A stretch of DNA of 64,000 nucleotides, from contig JBJOOR010000006.1 in NCBI GenBank assembly GCA_046051225.1, forward strand, positions 64,161 through 128,160, in the 5' to 3' direction. Positions 27,989-38,220 of this stretch are shown here, one piece after another. The stretch's first letter is position 1. Each line of letters begins with the position of its first letter. Source of the stretch: Bacteroidota bacterium (GTDB taxonomy: Bacteria > Bacteroidota > Bacteroidia > Chitinophagales > CAIODY01). Under the pieces are notes generated by a model. The model did no database searches, was not told where the DNA came from, and saw only the letters and a program-made list of their open reading frames with translations. The position numbers and the translations under genes were made by a program.

Positions 27989-28939
27989 ATGCAAAACGGA
28001 ATAGATATATCTGTTGTAGTGCCATTACTTAACGAGGCTGAATCATTGCCCGAATTATTTGAATGGATTGATAATGTGATGAAGGCAAATAATTATACCT
28101 ACGAAGTAATTGCCGTGGATGATGGTAGTACTGATGAATCGTGGGAAGTAATTGAAGCCGCATCGCAAAAAAATAATGCTATTAAAGGCATAAAGTTTCA
28201 GCGCAATTATGGTAAATCGCCAGCTTTAAACGAAGCATTTAAAATTACAAAAGGCGATGTTATAATAACGATGGATGCTGATTTGCAAGATTCGCCAGAT
28301 GAAATTCCAGAATTGTATAAAATGATAATGGAACAAAAATTCGACTTAGTAAGTGGTTGGAAACAAAAGCGATTTGATAATGCATTTACCAAAAATTTAC
28401 CATCAAAGTTTTTCAATTCAGTAGCTCGAAGAATGAGTGGCATTATGCTTCATGATTTTAATTGTGGATTAAAAGCTTATCGCCGCAATGTGGTTAAATC
28501 TATTGAAGTGTATGGCGAAATGCATCGCTATATTCCCGTATTGGCAAAGTGGGCAGGCTTCAGAAAAATTGGCGAAAAAGTAGTTCAACATCGAGCCAGA
28601 AAATATGGTGTTTCAAAGTTTGGTTGGGATAGATTCATTAATGGTTTTTTAGATTTAATGACCATCATGTTCATTGGTAAATTTGGCAAACGCCCCATGC
28701 ATTTATTTGGATTGTTAGGCGTTTTAGCATTTATTTTTGGTAGCATGATTTCAATTTATTTAGGCATTGCAAAATTTGCTTTTAATGAATATTCAATGAC
28801 CGACAGACCTATTTTTTATATCGGATTAGTAATGATGGTAATTGGTACACAACTATTTTTAGCTGGTTTTGTAGGCGAATTAGTTACTCGAAATTCAACA
28901 GAACGAAATCATTATTTGGTTGAAAAAAGAATTGTTTAA
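27989..28939 (+). CDS. family 2 glycosyltransferase (polyprenol-phosphate sugar transferase-like)
   Basis: ISVVVPLLNE..., DDGSTD and MDADLQD (DxD) motifs, with two C-terminal TM helices as in GtrB/ArnC-type enzymes. Confidence 0.9.
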   Translation: MQNGIDISVVVPLLNEAESLPELFEWIDNVMKANNYTYEVIAVDDGSTDESWEVIEAASQKNNAIKGIKFQRNYGKSPALNEAFKITKGDVIITMDADLQDSPDEIPELYKMIMEQKFDLVSGWKQKRFDNAFTKNLPSKFFNSVARRMSGIMLHDFNCGLKAYRRNVVKSIEVYGEMHRYIPVLAKWAGFRKIGEKVVQHRARKYGVSKFGWDRFINGFLDLMTIMFIGKFGKRPMHLFGLLGVLAFIFGSMISIYLGIAKFAFNEYSMTDRPIFYIGLVMMVIGTQLFLAGFVGELVTRNSTERNHYLVEKRIV

Positions 28940-28982
28940 ATAGTCTACAGTATTAAGTTTTCAGTCATCAGTAAATACATCT

Positions 28983-29345
28983 ATGAGCAATTTTAAAACT
29001 TTATTAGCCTATCAAAAAGGATTTGAATTGGCATCTGAATTATTTACTATTTCTAAAACTTTTCCTAAAGAAGAAACCTATTCATTAACCGACCAAGTTA
29101 GGCGTTCATCAAGGTCAGTATGTGCATGCATAGCAGAAGCTTACAGGAAAAGAATTTACCCAGCACATTTTGTTTCAAAGCTTACAGATGCTGATATGGA
29201 AAATGCGGAAACTTTAGTTTGGATTGATTTTGCTGAAAAATGTAATTATATCACTATTGAATTACATCAAAAATTAACTGCAAAAAATGATGAAGTTGGT
29301 AAGTTGATTAACTATATGATAAATCATCCAGATAAATTTAAATGA
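28983..29345 (+). CDS. four-helix-bundle protein (formerly 23S rRNA intervening-sequence protein family)
   Basis: LLAYQKGFELASELFTISKTFPKEETYSLTDQVRRSSRSVCACIAEAY is the family signature. Confidence 0.85.
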   Translation: MSNFKTLLAYQKGFELASELFTISKTFPKEETYSLTDQVRRSSRSVCACIAEAYRKRIYPAHFVSKLTDADMENAETLVWIDFAEKCNYITIELHQKLTAKNDEVGKLINYMINHPDKFK

Positions 29346-29392
29346 TTTTTTACTGAATACTAAAAACTAATCACTGAATACTTCTATAAAAA

Positions 29393-30526
29393 ATGCCACA
29401 CAATAAAATAATAATCCTCGGCTCTGCACATCCACTCCGTGGCGGCTTAGCGGCATTTAATGAAAGGTTAGCCAAGCAATTTCAAGATGAACAAAATGAA
29501 GTAATTGTTTATACATTTTCTTTACAATATCCATCATTCTTATTTCCTGGCACATCGCAATACACAGATGAAGCTGCACCAAAAGATTTGAATATTAAAA
29601 TAAAAGTAAATTCTATTAATCCATTTAATTGGATAAAAGTAGGATTAGAAATAGCCAAACAAAAGCCTGATATTTTAATTGTGAAATTTTGGTTACCGTT
29701 TATGGGGCCATGTTTCGGCACAATTTTACGATTTGTAAAACGAAATAAAATAACCAAAGTAATTTCAATTTTAGATAATGTAATTCCGCATGAACATAGA
29801 ATTGGTGATAAACAATTCACTCAATATTTTTTAAAACCCGTTGATGGATTTATTGCTATGAGTGCATCCGTAAAAAAAGATTTGCATTCGTTTTTACCAC
29901 AAGCTACATGCGATTTTATTCCACACCCTATTTATGATAATTTTGGCGAAATTATTTCAAAACAAGCAGCCAGGGCTAAATTGAATATAAAGGATGATGA
30001 AAAAGTAATTTTATTTTTTGGATTTATCAGAAAATATAAAGGCTTAGATTGGATATTGGAAGCCATGAAAAATGAAGCCATGAAAAATCAAAATATTAAA
30101 CTTTTAGTGGCTGGCGAATTCTATGAAGACAGAAAATATTATGATGAAATAATAGAACGAAATCAATTGCAAAACCAATTGTATCTACATACCGATTTTA
30201 TTCCTAATGATGAAGTAAAAAATTATTTCTGTGCTGCTGATTGTGTTGTTCAGCCTTATAAAACAGCTACACAAAGTGGTATTTCTCAAATGGCTTATCA
30301 TTTCGAAAAACCAATGATTGTAACTAATGTAGGTGGATTGCCCGAAATCGTTCCAAATGAAAAAGTGGGTTATGTAGTAGAGCAAAACCCTGAAGCTATT
30401 GCTCAAGCTATTTTGAAATTTTATCAACTAAATAAAGAAAATGAAATGGTTGAAAATGTGAAAGTGGAAAAGAAAAAATACGGTTGGAATACCATTACAA
30501 ATTCTATTTATAATTTAATAAAATAA
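29393..30526 (+). CDS. glycosyltransferase family 4/1
   Basis: 377 aa. C-terminal GT1 motif ...QPYKTATQSGISQMAYHFEKPMIVTNVGGLPE. Confidence 0.85.
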   Translation: MPHNKIIILGSAHPLRGGLAAFNERLAKQFQDEQNEVIVYTFSLQYPSFLFPGTSQYTDEAAPKDLNIKIKVNSINPFNWIKVGLEIAKQKPDILIVKFWLPFMGPCFGTILRFVKRNKITKVISILDNVIPHEHRIGDKQFTQYFLKPVDGFIAMSASVKKDLHSFLPQATCDFIPHPIYDNFGEIISKQAARAKLNIKDDEKVILFFGFIRKYKGLDWILEAMKNEAMKNQNIKLLVAGEFYEDRKYYDEIIERNQLQNQLYLHTDFIPNDEVKNYFCAADCVVQPYKTATQSGISQMAYHFEKPMIVTNVGGLPEIVPNEKVGYVVEQNPEAIAQAILKFYQLNKENEMVENVKVEKKKYGWNTITNSIYNLIK

Positions 30527-30527
30527 A

Positions 30528-31115
30528 ATGTTTACAGGAATCATTGAGACTAATGGAATAGTTAAAAACATTGTTGAAGAGCAAGGCAATAAGCGATTTA
30601 GTATTGAATCTGAAATAACTAATCAATTAAAAATAGACCAAAGTGTGGCGCATAATGGCGTATGTTTAACTGTGGTATCGGTTAAAAATAATACGCATGA
30701 AGTGGTGGCAGTAAACGAAACACTTACGAAAACAAATTTGAACGTTTTAAAAGTTGGCGATAAAGTAAATTTAGAACGTTGTATGCTGATGAATGGCAGA
30801 TTAGATGGGCATATTGTACAAGGGCATGTGGATGGATTAGCCACTTGCATAAATGCCGAAGACCAAAAAGGAAGTTGGTTATTTACATTCAGAGTTGCTG
30901 AAAATTTGAATCATAGATTGATAGTAGAAAAAGGAAGTATTTGTGTAAATGGTGTTTCGTTAACGGCTTTTAATTTGATTGATAATTGTTTTTCGGTAGC
31001 CATTATTCCTTATACATTTCAACACACTACATTTTCAAATTTAAAAGTAAACGATATGGTTAATATCGAATTTGATATTATTGGAAAATATGTAGAACGA
31101 TTAAATATGAAGTAA
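30528..31115 (+). CDS. ribE: riboflavin synthase alpha chain
   Basis: MFTGIIE start and the duplicated lumazine-binding repeat (SVAHNGVCLTV / SICVNGVSLTA). Confidence 0.93.
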   Translation: MFTGIIETNGIVKNIVEEQGNKRFSIESEITNQLKIDQSVAHNGVCLTVVSVKNNTHEVVAVNETLTKTNLNVLKVGDKVNLERCMLMNGRLDGHIVQGHVDGLATCINAEDQKGSWLFTFRVAENLNHRLIVEKGSICVNGVSLTAFNLIDNCFSVAIIPYTFQHTTFSNLKVNDMVNIEFDIIGKYVERLNMK

Positions 31116-32384
31116 ATGAAAAGCTCTATCATGAATACAATCAAGGTGACCTTGTCAATATTTTGTTTCGTTGCAATATCTATTGTTTATTCAAATGCCT
31201 TCGCCAAACAAAATACTTTTGAAAAGATAAAACCATGTATAAAAATTTGTAGTATAGATAGTGTTTATAGCAACCCTTTTTTCAGCACTTTTTTTCAGCC
31301 TAATAATTTATATGGAATGGGTGAAGCCACACACGGAACAGAAGAATTTACAAAAGTTAGATGTGATATTTTCAAAAGAATGTGTGAACAATATTCTGAT
31401 TCGATTAATTGTTTATTTTTTATGGAAGCAGGATACTCTGAAGTTTTGCTTATTGATAATTTTATACATTCCAACATAAACAATGATTCAACATCAAAAC
31501 ATCTATTAAAAAAATTAGGTTATTGGACTTGGTATAATAAATCTTTAAATGATTTAATATTATTTTGTAAAACCCATAAGAACAAAAACAAAATTCATGT
31601 TATTGGTGCCGATATGCAATTTGGAGATGCTGCAACAAAAAATCTGATTCATTTTTTTTCGAATAATAATTACAGTTTAGATTCCCTTAATCTAATTTTA
31701 AATAAAATAGATATTGAATTTAATAATGGAACATTGACAAGAAAAAAATCATACATCTATTATAACTTACTTGCTAAATACAAAGATGTAATAGAAAAAA
31801 TATCATGTACAGAATCTTTGGATAAAAAACTAGCATTGTACAACTACAATGCTTTGATTCAATATCTTGAATTAAAGAAAGGTAGAGACATTAAATATGA
31901 TAATATCCGAGATTATTATATGGCTCAAAATATTTTACTTTTTAATAGAATTTATAAACACAACATCGCCATATTTTTTGCACATAATGGTCATATTTCT
32001 TATCGAACAAATGAAAGATTGAGTTCTTACAAAAATGCAGGATTTTTATTAAAAGAGAATCTTAAAGAAAATTATACTGCAATAGGAACTGATTTCAAAA
32101 AAGGTAGCTACATTGGATATAACAATCATAAGCATGGGCTTTCAGTTTATATATCAGATTCACTAAAAAGGAAAAATCATATTATGAATTTAATTCCACA
32201 TTATAATACAAATACTTTTTATCAAATCAATAAACAGTTTACAAAAAATATTATTTGTACAGATATTGGTGGCGATGGCAGAAATAGAAGGCAAACTTGG
32301 AAAATAAAATTGAAAGATTGTTACGATTTTTTGATTTTCTATAACCAAACCTATCCAACGAAAACTTACATGAAATTAAAATAA
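31116..32384 (+). CDS. erythromycin-esterase-family protein (secreted)
   Basis: YGMGEATHGTEEF motif typical of the Ere-like family, with an N-terminal signal/TM segment. Confidence 0.65.
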   Translation: MKSSIMNTIKVTLSIFCFVAISIVYSNAFAKQNTFEKIKPCIKICSIDSVYSNPFFSTFFQPNNLYGMGEATHGTEEFTKVRCDIFKRMCEQYSDSINCLFFMEAGYSEVLLIDNFIHSNINNDSTSKHLLKKLGYWTWYNKSLNDLILFCKTHKNKNKIHVIGADMQFGDAATKNLIHFFSNNNYSLDSLNLILNKIDIEFNNGTLTRKKSYIYYNLLAKYKDVIEKISCTESLDKKLALYNYNALIQYLELKKGRDIKYDNIRDYYMAQNILLFNRIYKHNIAIFFAHNGHISYRTNERLSSYKNAGFLLKENLKENYTAIGTDFKKGSYIGYNNHKHGLSVYISDSLKRKNHIMNLIPHYNTNTFYQINKQFTKNIICTDIGGDGRNRRQTWKIKLKDCYDFLIFYNQTYPTKTYMKLK

Positions 32385-32401
32385 TTATGCAATTGTAATT
32401 A

Positions 32402-32530
32402 ATGAAACATACAATTAAAATATTATTCGCATTGATTTTTACGGCATTAATTCTTCTTCAAACATCTTGCGCCAAACGTGATTGTCGTGGCAAAAAATTA
32501 CACAAAACCGAGAATGGGTTGTACATCTAA
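32402..32530 (+). CDS. putative 42-aa lipoprotein (below ORF-track size cut-off)
   Basis: MKHTIKILFALIFTALILLQTSCAKRDCRGKKLHKTENGLYI has a clean signal peptide plus lipobox (LLQTSC). Confidence 0.4.
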   Translation: MKHTIKILFALIFTALILLQTSCAKRDCRGKKLHKTENGLYI

Positions 32531-32775
32531 TTTATTATTAAAAATATTCCATTTTTCAAAGCAAATTCACGTTAAAAACTTACTCACATTTTAAGGCTTC
32601 AAATGTTTATAAAATCAAGTATTTCAGCCCGTTTTTATTAGAATAAAATCATTCCATTTTTTATCTTCGCAACACTAAAAAAATTGAAGTTAGTGGGATT
32701 GAATTATTGAATATTCAAAGCCATTCAAAACACACTTCAATAAAAAATTTTCAATTAATCAATATTAAATAGTAA

Positions 32776-35349
32776 ATGCAAAACGAAAACGAAAAGATTA
32801 TTCCCATTTTGATTGAAGACCAAATGAAAACCGCTTACATTGATTATTCGATGTCGGTTATAGTTGGTCGTGCATTGCCCGATGTTCGTGATGGTTTAAA
32901 ACCTGTTCATCGTCGTGTGTTATTTGGCATGAACGAATTAGGCATGCAACACAATAAAGCGCATAAAAAATCTGCCCGTATTGTGGGTGAGGTTTTGGGT
33001 AAGTACCATCCGCATGGCGATGCTTCCGTTTATGACACGATGGTTCGTATGGCGCAACATTGGAGCTTGCGTTACACCTTAGTTGACGGACAAGGAAACT
33101 TTGGTTCGGTTGATGGCGACCCTCCAGCAGCAATGCGTTATACCGAAGTTCGATTAACAAGATTAGCCGAAGAAATCATGATGGATTTGGATAAAGAAAC
33201 CGTTGATTTCTCTTTAAACTTTGATGATACATTAGAAGAACCAACGGTGATGCCTACTCGAATTCCTAACTTGTTGGTGAATGGTGCAAGCGGTATTGCG
33301 GTGGGTATGGCAACTAATATGATGCCTCATAATTTAACTGAAGTAATTGATGGTATTTGCGCTTACATTGATAATAAAGAAATTACTGTTACCGAAATTA
33401 TCGAGTTTATTAAAGCTCCCGATTTTCCTACAGGCGGCATTATATATGGCATGGAAGGCGTTCGACAAGGATTAGAAACAGGCAGAGGTCGTGTTGTGGT
33501 TCGTGCTAAATACGAAATTGAAACCGATGCAAAAGGCAAAGAAAAAATTATCGTTACCGAAATTCCTTATCAAGTAAATAAATCTTCGTTGATTGAGAAG
33601 ACGCATTATTTGATGCAAGAAAAAAAGATTGATGGCTTACGTGATTGCCGTGATGAAAGCGATAGAGAAGGAATGCGTATAGTTTATGAAATGAAAAATG
33701 ATGGCAATGCACAAGTTGTCATCAACCAATTATTTCAACAAACTGAATTGCAAACAAGCTATGGCGTTAATAATGTGGCATTGGTAAAAGGCAGACCGAT
33801 ACAATTAAATGTGTTGGATATGGTTCGTGAATTTGTAAGCTTCCGCCATGAAGTGGTTGTTCGCCGTACACAATTTGAATTACGTGAAGCCGAAAAACGT
33901 GCACACATTTTAGAAGGTTACATGAAAGTAATCGGTACTAAAGATGATTTGGATAGAGCGATTAAAATTATCAGAGAAAGTAGCACACCTGATATTGCAC
34001 GAACAGAATTGATGGCTGGTTTTGAATTATCTGAAATTCAAGCCAAATCAATTTTAGAATTAAGATTAAGAACTTTAACAGGATTGGAGATTGACAAGAT
34101 TCGTGAAGAGTATGAAAATATCATGAAAATCATCAATCATTTAAAAGAAATATTGGCTAACGAATCTTTAAGAATGCAAATTATTAAAGATGAAATGTTG
34201 GATATTAAAAAGCGTTTTGGTGATGCAAGAAGAAGCGAAATAGTTTATTTGGCGGAAGAAATGCGCATGGAAGATTTCATTAAAGAAGAAGATGTGGTGG
34301 TAACGATTTCGCATTTGGGTTATATCAAACGCACTGTGGCTAACGAATATCGTTCGCAAAACCGCGGTGGCAAAGGCTCGATGGGTGGCAGCACTCGTGA
34401 TGAAGATTTTATCGAACACGTATTTGTAGCATCAACACACAATACCATTTTGTTCTTTACCGAAGCAGGAAAATGCCATTGGATAAAAGTTTATCAATTG
34501 CCCGAAGGCAATAAAACTAGCAAAGGCAGAGCAATACAAAATATGTTGCAATTAGAAACTGGCGATAAAATCCGTGCATTTATCAATGTTCGCAGTTTAG
34601 AAGATGAAGAATTTATCAATAGTCATTATGTAGTGCTTTGTACAAAACAAGGTATCATCAAAAAAACAAAATTAGAAGAATTCAGTCGCCCACGTCAGAA
34701 TGGAATTATTGCGATTACGGTGAATGAAGGCGACCAATTATTGGAAGCAAAATTGACGGATGGTAATTCGCAAATATTGTTGGCAATCCACAGCGGACGC
34801 AGTATTCGTTTCCCTGAAGAAAAAGTTCGTTCAACAGGCAGAAGCTCGGCTGGTGTGTATGGTATTGAAGTGGATGAAGCGAATGATGAAGTGATAGGAA
34901 TGATTTGTGTATCGAAAGAAGATACTACTTCTACTATATTAGTGGTGTCAGAAAATGGTTATGGCAAACGAACTGCTTTAGATGAATATCGTATTACCAA
35001 CCGAGGTGGTAAAGGTGTAAGAGCATTAAACGTAACCGAAAAAACAGGAAAATTAGTTGGTTTAATGAGTGTAACCGAAGCCAACGATTTGATGATTATG
35101 TGTAAATCGGGTGTTACGATTCGTACATCGGTAAAAGATATTCGTGAGGTGGGCAGAGCGACACAAGGTGTTCGTTTAATTCGATTAGAAGAAGGTGATG
35201 AAATTGCAGCCGTAACAAAATTGGATGAAATGGAAGAAGAATCTGAAATAATATTAGATGAAAATGGCAACCCAATTGTTCCACCAACCGATTCTACCGA
35301 AACACCTGATGCAGAAGGCACAGAGCCAATTGCACCAAGTGAGAATTAA
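32776..35349 (+). CDS. gyrA: DNA gyrase subunit A
   Basis: AMRYTE active-site Tyr region, QRDR ([17 protein letters not shown]) and C-terminal beta-pinwheel repeats. Confidence 0.98.
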   Translation: MQNENEKIIPILIEDQMKTAYIDYSMSVIVGRALPDVRDGLKPVHRRVLFGMNELGMQHNKAHKKSARIVGEVLGKYHPHGDASVYDTMVRMAQHWSLRYTLVDGQGNFGSVDGDPPAAMRYTEVRLTRLAEEIMMDLDKETVDFSLNFDDTLEEPTVMPTRIPNLLVNGASGIAVGMATNMMPHNLTEVIDGICAYIDNKEITVTEIIEFIKAPDFPTGGIIYGMEGVRQGLETGRGRVVVRAKYEIETDAKGKEKIIVTEIPYQVNKSSLIEKTHYLMQEKKIDGLRDCRDESDREGMRIVYEMKNDGNAQVVINQLFQQTELQTSYGVNNVALVKGRPIQLNVLDMVREFVSFRHEVVVRRTQFELREAEKRAHILEGYMKVIGTKDDLDRAIKIIRESSTPDIARTELMAGFELSEIQAKSILELRLRTLTGLEIDKIREEYENIMKIINHLKEILANESLRMQIIKDEMLDIKKRFGDARRSEIVYLAEEMRMEDFIKEEDVVVTISHLGYIKRTVANEYRSQNRGGKGSMGGSTRDEDFIEHVFVASTHNTILFFTEAGKCHWIKVYQLPEGNKTSKGRAIQNMLQLETGDKIRAFINVRSLEDEEFINSHYVVLCTKQGIIKKTKLEEFSRPRQNGIIAITVNEGDQLLEAKLTDGNSQILLAIHSGRSIRFPEEKVRSTGRSSAGVYGIEVDEANDEVIGMICVSKEDTTSTILVVSENGYGKRTALDEYRITNRGGKGVRALNVTEKTGKLVGLMSVTEANDLMIMCKSGVTIRTSVKDIREVGRATQGVRLIRLEEGDEIAAVTKLDEMEEESEIILDENGNPIVPPTDSTETPDAEGTEPIAPSEN

Positions 35350-35357
35350 ATTTTTTC

Positions 35358-35390
35358 ACACCTGACAGGTTTTTAAAACCTGTCAGGTGT
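35358..35390 (+). terminator. 13-bp perfect hairpin immediately after gyrA
   Basis: acacctgacaggt-ttttaaa-acctgtcaggtgt. A second hairpin with a T run follows at 35399-35441. Confidence 0.7.
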
Positions 35391-35441
35391 AATACAAAAC
35401 CGCCCCGAAGTTCAAGATGAATTTTGGGGCGGTTTGTTTTT
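35371..35441 (+). repeat. direct repeat DR-L bounding cassette island 2
   Basis: ttttaaaacctgtcaggtgtaatacaaaaccgccccgaagttcaagatgaattttggggcggtttgttttt. Matches 38566-38637 with 4 substitutions and 1 indel. Confidence 0.9.
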
Positions 35442-35527
35442 GTTCTTCCGAGTTTGCAACTCGGAAAATATATTTGTTGATTTCAAATCAACAGTTAAAA
35501 ATACCGAGTTACAAACTCGACAGAACA

Positions 35528-36190
35528 TCAAGATTGACGGACTGTTGCGTTTCGCTTGTTCTCTTGATAAACTCTATACAAAATATAAATGCAAGCAGCG
35601 GTTATTAAAAATATTCCAAGTTGATTATGATATGCTGGATGGTCAGGTGGTTTTACTTTACCCAAAAAAGTTTTAACAATGAAGCTACTGATGTTGAGTA
35701 AATAAAGAATGATGACAGAATAGAGGAGCTTGTTTAGATATTTATATCTCCAAAGAATGACTGGAATTATTATAATAGATGCAAAAGTAATGACTCCATG
35801 AAGTGTTCCACCAATATCTATTGGTCCATCTAAACTAATTGATTCGCCATGACTTCTGAAACGAAGAATTACAAAAATTAAATGAATTAAATGATTGCAA
35901 GTAAACAAGGTTAGTAAAACCAAAAAAGATTCCTTTTTCTTTTCAGCACTATAAATCTTTTTCAAACCATTGTAACCAACCATTAGTAAAGTGATGAGCA
36001 TAATGAATGATGATATTCTGCCTGCTAAACGAGCACATTTGTCAAAAATAAATTCTCGTTGAATTGCAAAAAAATTATTCAAATCTAAAGTGCTTGTCCA
36101 AGTTGCCCACAAGTAAATTGATAATTCTATGCAACAAATAAGTGCAATCAAAAGTGGTAATCGTTTCTTCGTCAACATAAGTAATTTCAT
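35528..36190 (-). CDS. hypothetical polytopic membrane protein (cassette gene)
   Basis: 220 aa with about 6 hydrophobic helices. No recognisable family. Confidence 0.6.
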   Translation of the reverse strand: MKLLMLTKKRLPLLIALICCIELSIYLWATWTSTLDLNNFFAIQREFIFDKCARLAGRISSFIMLITLLMVGYNGLKKIYSAEKKKESFLVLLTLFTCNHLIHLIFVILRFRSHGESISLDGPIDIGGTLHGVITFASIIIIPVILWRYKYLNKLLYSVIILYLLNISSFIVKTFLGKVKPPDHPAYHNQLGIFLITAACIYILYRVYQENKRNATVRQS

Positions 36191-36403
36191 TTTATTAGGA
36201 TTGAAACGGATTTATGTAACTTTTATTTCTTGTAGTCAGTTTCAAGTTAGCACTGTCGCCACGGGTTGCCGCCAACGTTTCTGGGCTTTGCTGCATGGGC
36301 AGCTTGGTGTTTCCTATGCCGTCTGCCTGCACAAAGGTAATAGAAACCACAACAAGTTGGCGTTGCCCGTTAACCGCCAATGAAGCAAGCCCATGTTAGC
36401 GGT
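36191..36403 (-). repeat. cassette repeat copy R6
   Basis: On the minus strand: accgctaacatgggcttgcttcattggcggttaacgggcaacgccaacttgttgtggtttctat-tacctttg(-7 box, 36332-36339)...agaaacgttggcggcaa(36266-36275)...ATG at 36190. Confidence 0.85.
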
Positions 36404-37079
36404 AGTGCTTTTCTTGTCCGTGTAATGTCTGCAATAATTGTTTGTCAGCGTTTAATTGTTTTGAGTATGCTTTTTTTATGTCGTCAATTGTTATTTTTTT
36501 GTCCAAGTCAATTGCTAATTTGTCAATACTATTTCTGTCGGTGATGAATTTGTTTTTAGCACCGAAGTAGATGTCAAAAATATATTGCGGTGAATATTTT
36601 TGTTCCATACTTCCATAACCTCTGTAAAATTGTCCAAGCACAATGACGTCAGTGAAGCCGTCCGAATTGATGTCAGAAAACGAAACTGCTAAAATTTTTT
36701 CAAAGCAACAGTTTGGATAAGAAAAGTTTGGCGACCGATAGCAAACGCTGTCGTTGAGTTTTAAGTAAAAATTGAAATGACTCCATGATGAGTCTTTTAA
36801 ATTGAGATGTTCTGTGTAATAAAAAAAATAAGCTGAACCTTTTCCATTCAATGTCAAGTGAAATGTTTGCTCGTTAGGATTTTGTTTAGCACCTGTAAAT
36901 GTTGAATGTATGCTGTCCAACGAAACATATTCTGCGTCAGACAAAGGCTTTGGATTTGTCAATGTCATGATGCTGTTGTCTGGCAAACTGTCGAAAAGTT
37001 TTAACCTTTTCTTCGTTGTTTGTCCGAAGCAATTTGTCAAGACAAAAGTCAAAAGAAATATGGAAAATGCTTTGTTCAA
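36396..37079 (-). CDS. hypothetical secreted protein (cassette gene)
   Basis: Signal peptide MNKAFSIFLLTFVLTNCFGQ. The SDINSDGFTDVIVLGQ segment resembles an FG-GAP/calcium-binding loop. Its stop codon lies inside repeat R6. Confidence 0.6.
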   Translation of the reverse strand: MNKAFSIFLLTFVLTNCFGQTTKKRLKLFDSLPDNSIMTLTNPKPLSDAEYVSLDSIHSTFTGAKQNPNEQTFHLTLNGKGSAYFFYYTEHLNLKDSSWSHFNFYLKLNDSVCYRSPNFSYPNCCFEKILAVSFSDINSDGFTDVIVLGQFYRGYGSMEQKYSPQYIFDIYFGAKNKFITDRNSIDKLAIDLDKKITIDDIKKAYSKQLNADKQLLQTLHGQEKHYR

Positions 37080-37290
37080 ATTTGGATTATTTGAAGTCGT
37101 TTTGTCGTCATTGTTTTATTGTCAAAATGAAAATCTATTTCGTCTCAAAGCATTGCCGCCAAAGGTTTTGGGCTTTGCTGCATTGGCGGCTTGGTGTTCC
37201 GTCTGCCGTCTACCTGCACAAAGGTAGTAGAAACCACAACAAGTTGGCGTTGCCCGTCAACGGCCAATGAAGCAAGCCCATGTTAGCGGT
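37080..37290 (-). repeat. cassette repeat copy R7
   Basis: The 138-nt core at 37153-37290 aligns with 36266-36403 and is nearly identical in the promoter-upstream ~75 nt. The -7 box tacctttg is at 37219-37226 (minus strand). Confidence 0.85.
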
Positions 37291-37338
37291 TCGGTCGTCT
37301 TTTTTCTGTCGTTAGTTTTCTTGTCATTCAGTCTATTA

Positions 37339-38052
37339 CTAGTCTTTTAATTTTACTCCAAGTCTGTCAGCAAGTTCTTTTACATATTCTTTATGTCCGT
37401 TGCTTTCAATATTGTTGTAGTAGTCTTGTATTAATTTACGCCCTTTTTGTTTGTCGCTCTGTAGTATAATTAAAGCCACGTCCAATTTGGCTCTAACTGA
37501 AGAACCTTCTATAACTCCCCAATTTCTACAAATTTTGTCCCTGTTCTCAAAAGTTTCAAGCCATTGAAGTCCGTGTGAATTTAGTCCTTCAATAACTTCA
37601 ATTGCGGTCTTTTCATTGTCGTCTGAAATTGACCACCAAAGGTCTTGTTTAATTGTCAAATGAGTAAGTCGTGTTCTAATTTGGCAGTCATAGTCTTGAT
37701 AAATGTCTTTGGGTTTATTGTAGCTATCAAGTTCATAAATCTCTTTAACCATAACACCTAAGTTAACCGTAAACTTTCCATAATAATTTTCTCTAAATCC
37801 AGGAATTACATACTTGTCACCAAATTCATATCTGCCACTTTGAATATTTATTACTTGATAAATTCCGTCTTCTGTTTCTCTGTTAAATGTCCGTCCTTTT
37901 TTCTTAAATCCTAATGGTTTCAAGAAATGAAAAATTTCTTTTTGAATGTTGTCCAAATGAGTTTTAAGCTCGACCTTATTTGTCAAATTTTGGTTGTCTG
38001 ATTTTTCGTCAGCCATTTTTGGTTTGTCTTTTAAGAAGTCAAAAATTCCCAT
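37339..38052 (-). CDS. DUF4304-like protein (cassette gene)
   Basis: FLKPLGFKKKGRTFNRETEDGIYQVINIQ resembles the N-terminal signature I recall for DUF4304. Cytoplasmic, 237 aa. Confidence 0.6.
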   Translation of the reverse strand: MGIFDFLKDKPKMADEKSDNQNLTNKVELKTHLDNIQKEIFHFLKPLGFKKKGRTFNRETEDGIYQVINIQSGRYEFGDKYVIPGFRENYYGKFTVNLGVMVKEIYELDSYNKPKDIYQDYDCQIRTRLTHLTIKQDLWWSISDDNEKTAIEVIEGLNSHGLQWLETFENRDKICRNWGVIEGSSVRAKLDVALIILQSDKQKGRKLIQDYYNNIESNGHKEYVKELADRLGVKLKD

Positions 38053-38220
38053 TTGTCAACTGTTTTTTCTTTTGCTGTGTCGTCTTTTAGCCTGACCGCT
38101 AACTCGTTTATACTTGCAACTATTTCGCACTTATCCACCCATTTTCGGTTGGCTTCGTGCTACAAAGAAACACTTTATTAAATTCTCAAACAATACCAAT
38201 TGGTTTGTATGGTTGGGTGC

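Noticed and set aside
36395-36403. The 9-mer GTTAGCGGT / ACCGCTAAC at cassette boundaries (36395-36403, 37282-37290, inverted at 38093-38101) as a specific core recombination site.
   Set aside because: The same 9-mer also occurs inside the permease gene near 63199-63207, so a single extra occurrence is within chance expectation for a window this size. It is not strong enough on its own.
36129-37270. Two 84-aa plus-strand ORFs (36129-36383 and 37016-37270) sharing CRQRFWALLH...HKG.RNHNKLALPVN, and the related minus-strand ORFs 15470-15655 and 16121-16375.
   Set aside because: Their similarity is simply the nucleotide repeat read antisense to the cassette genes. The ORF boundaries differ between copies and they lack sensible starts or RBS context.
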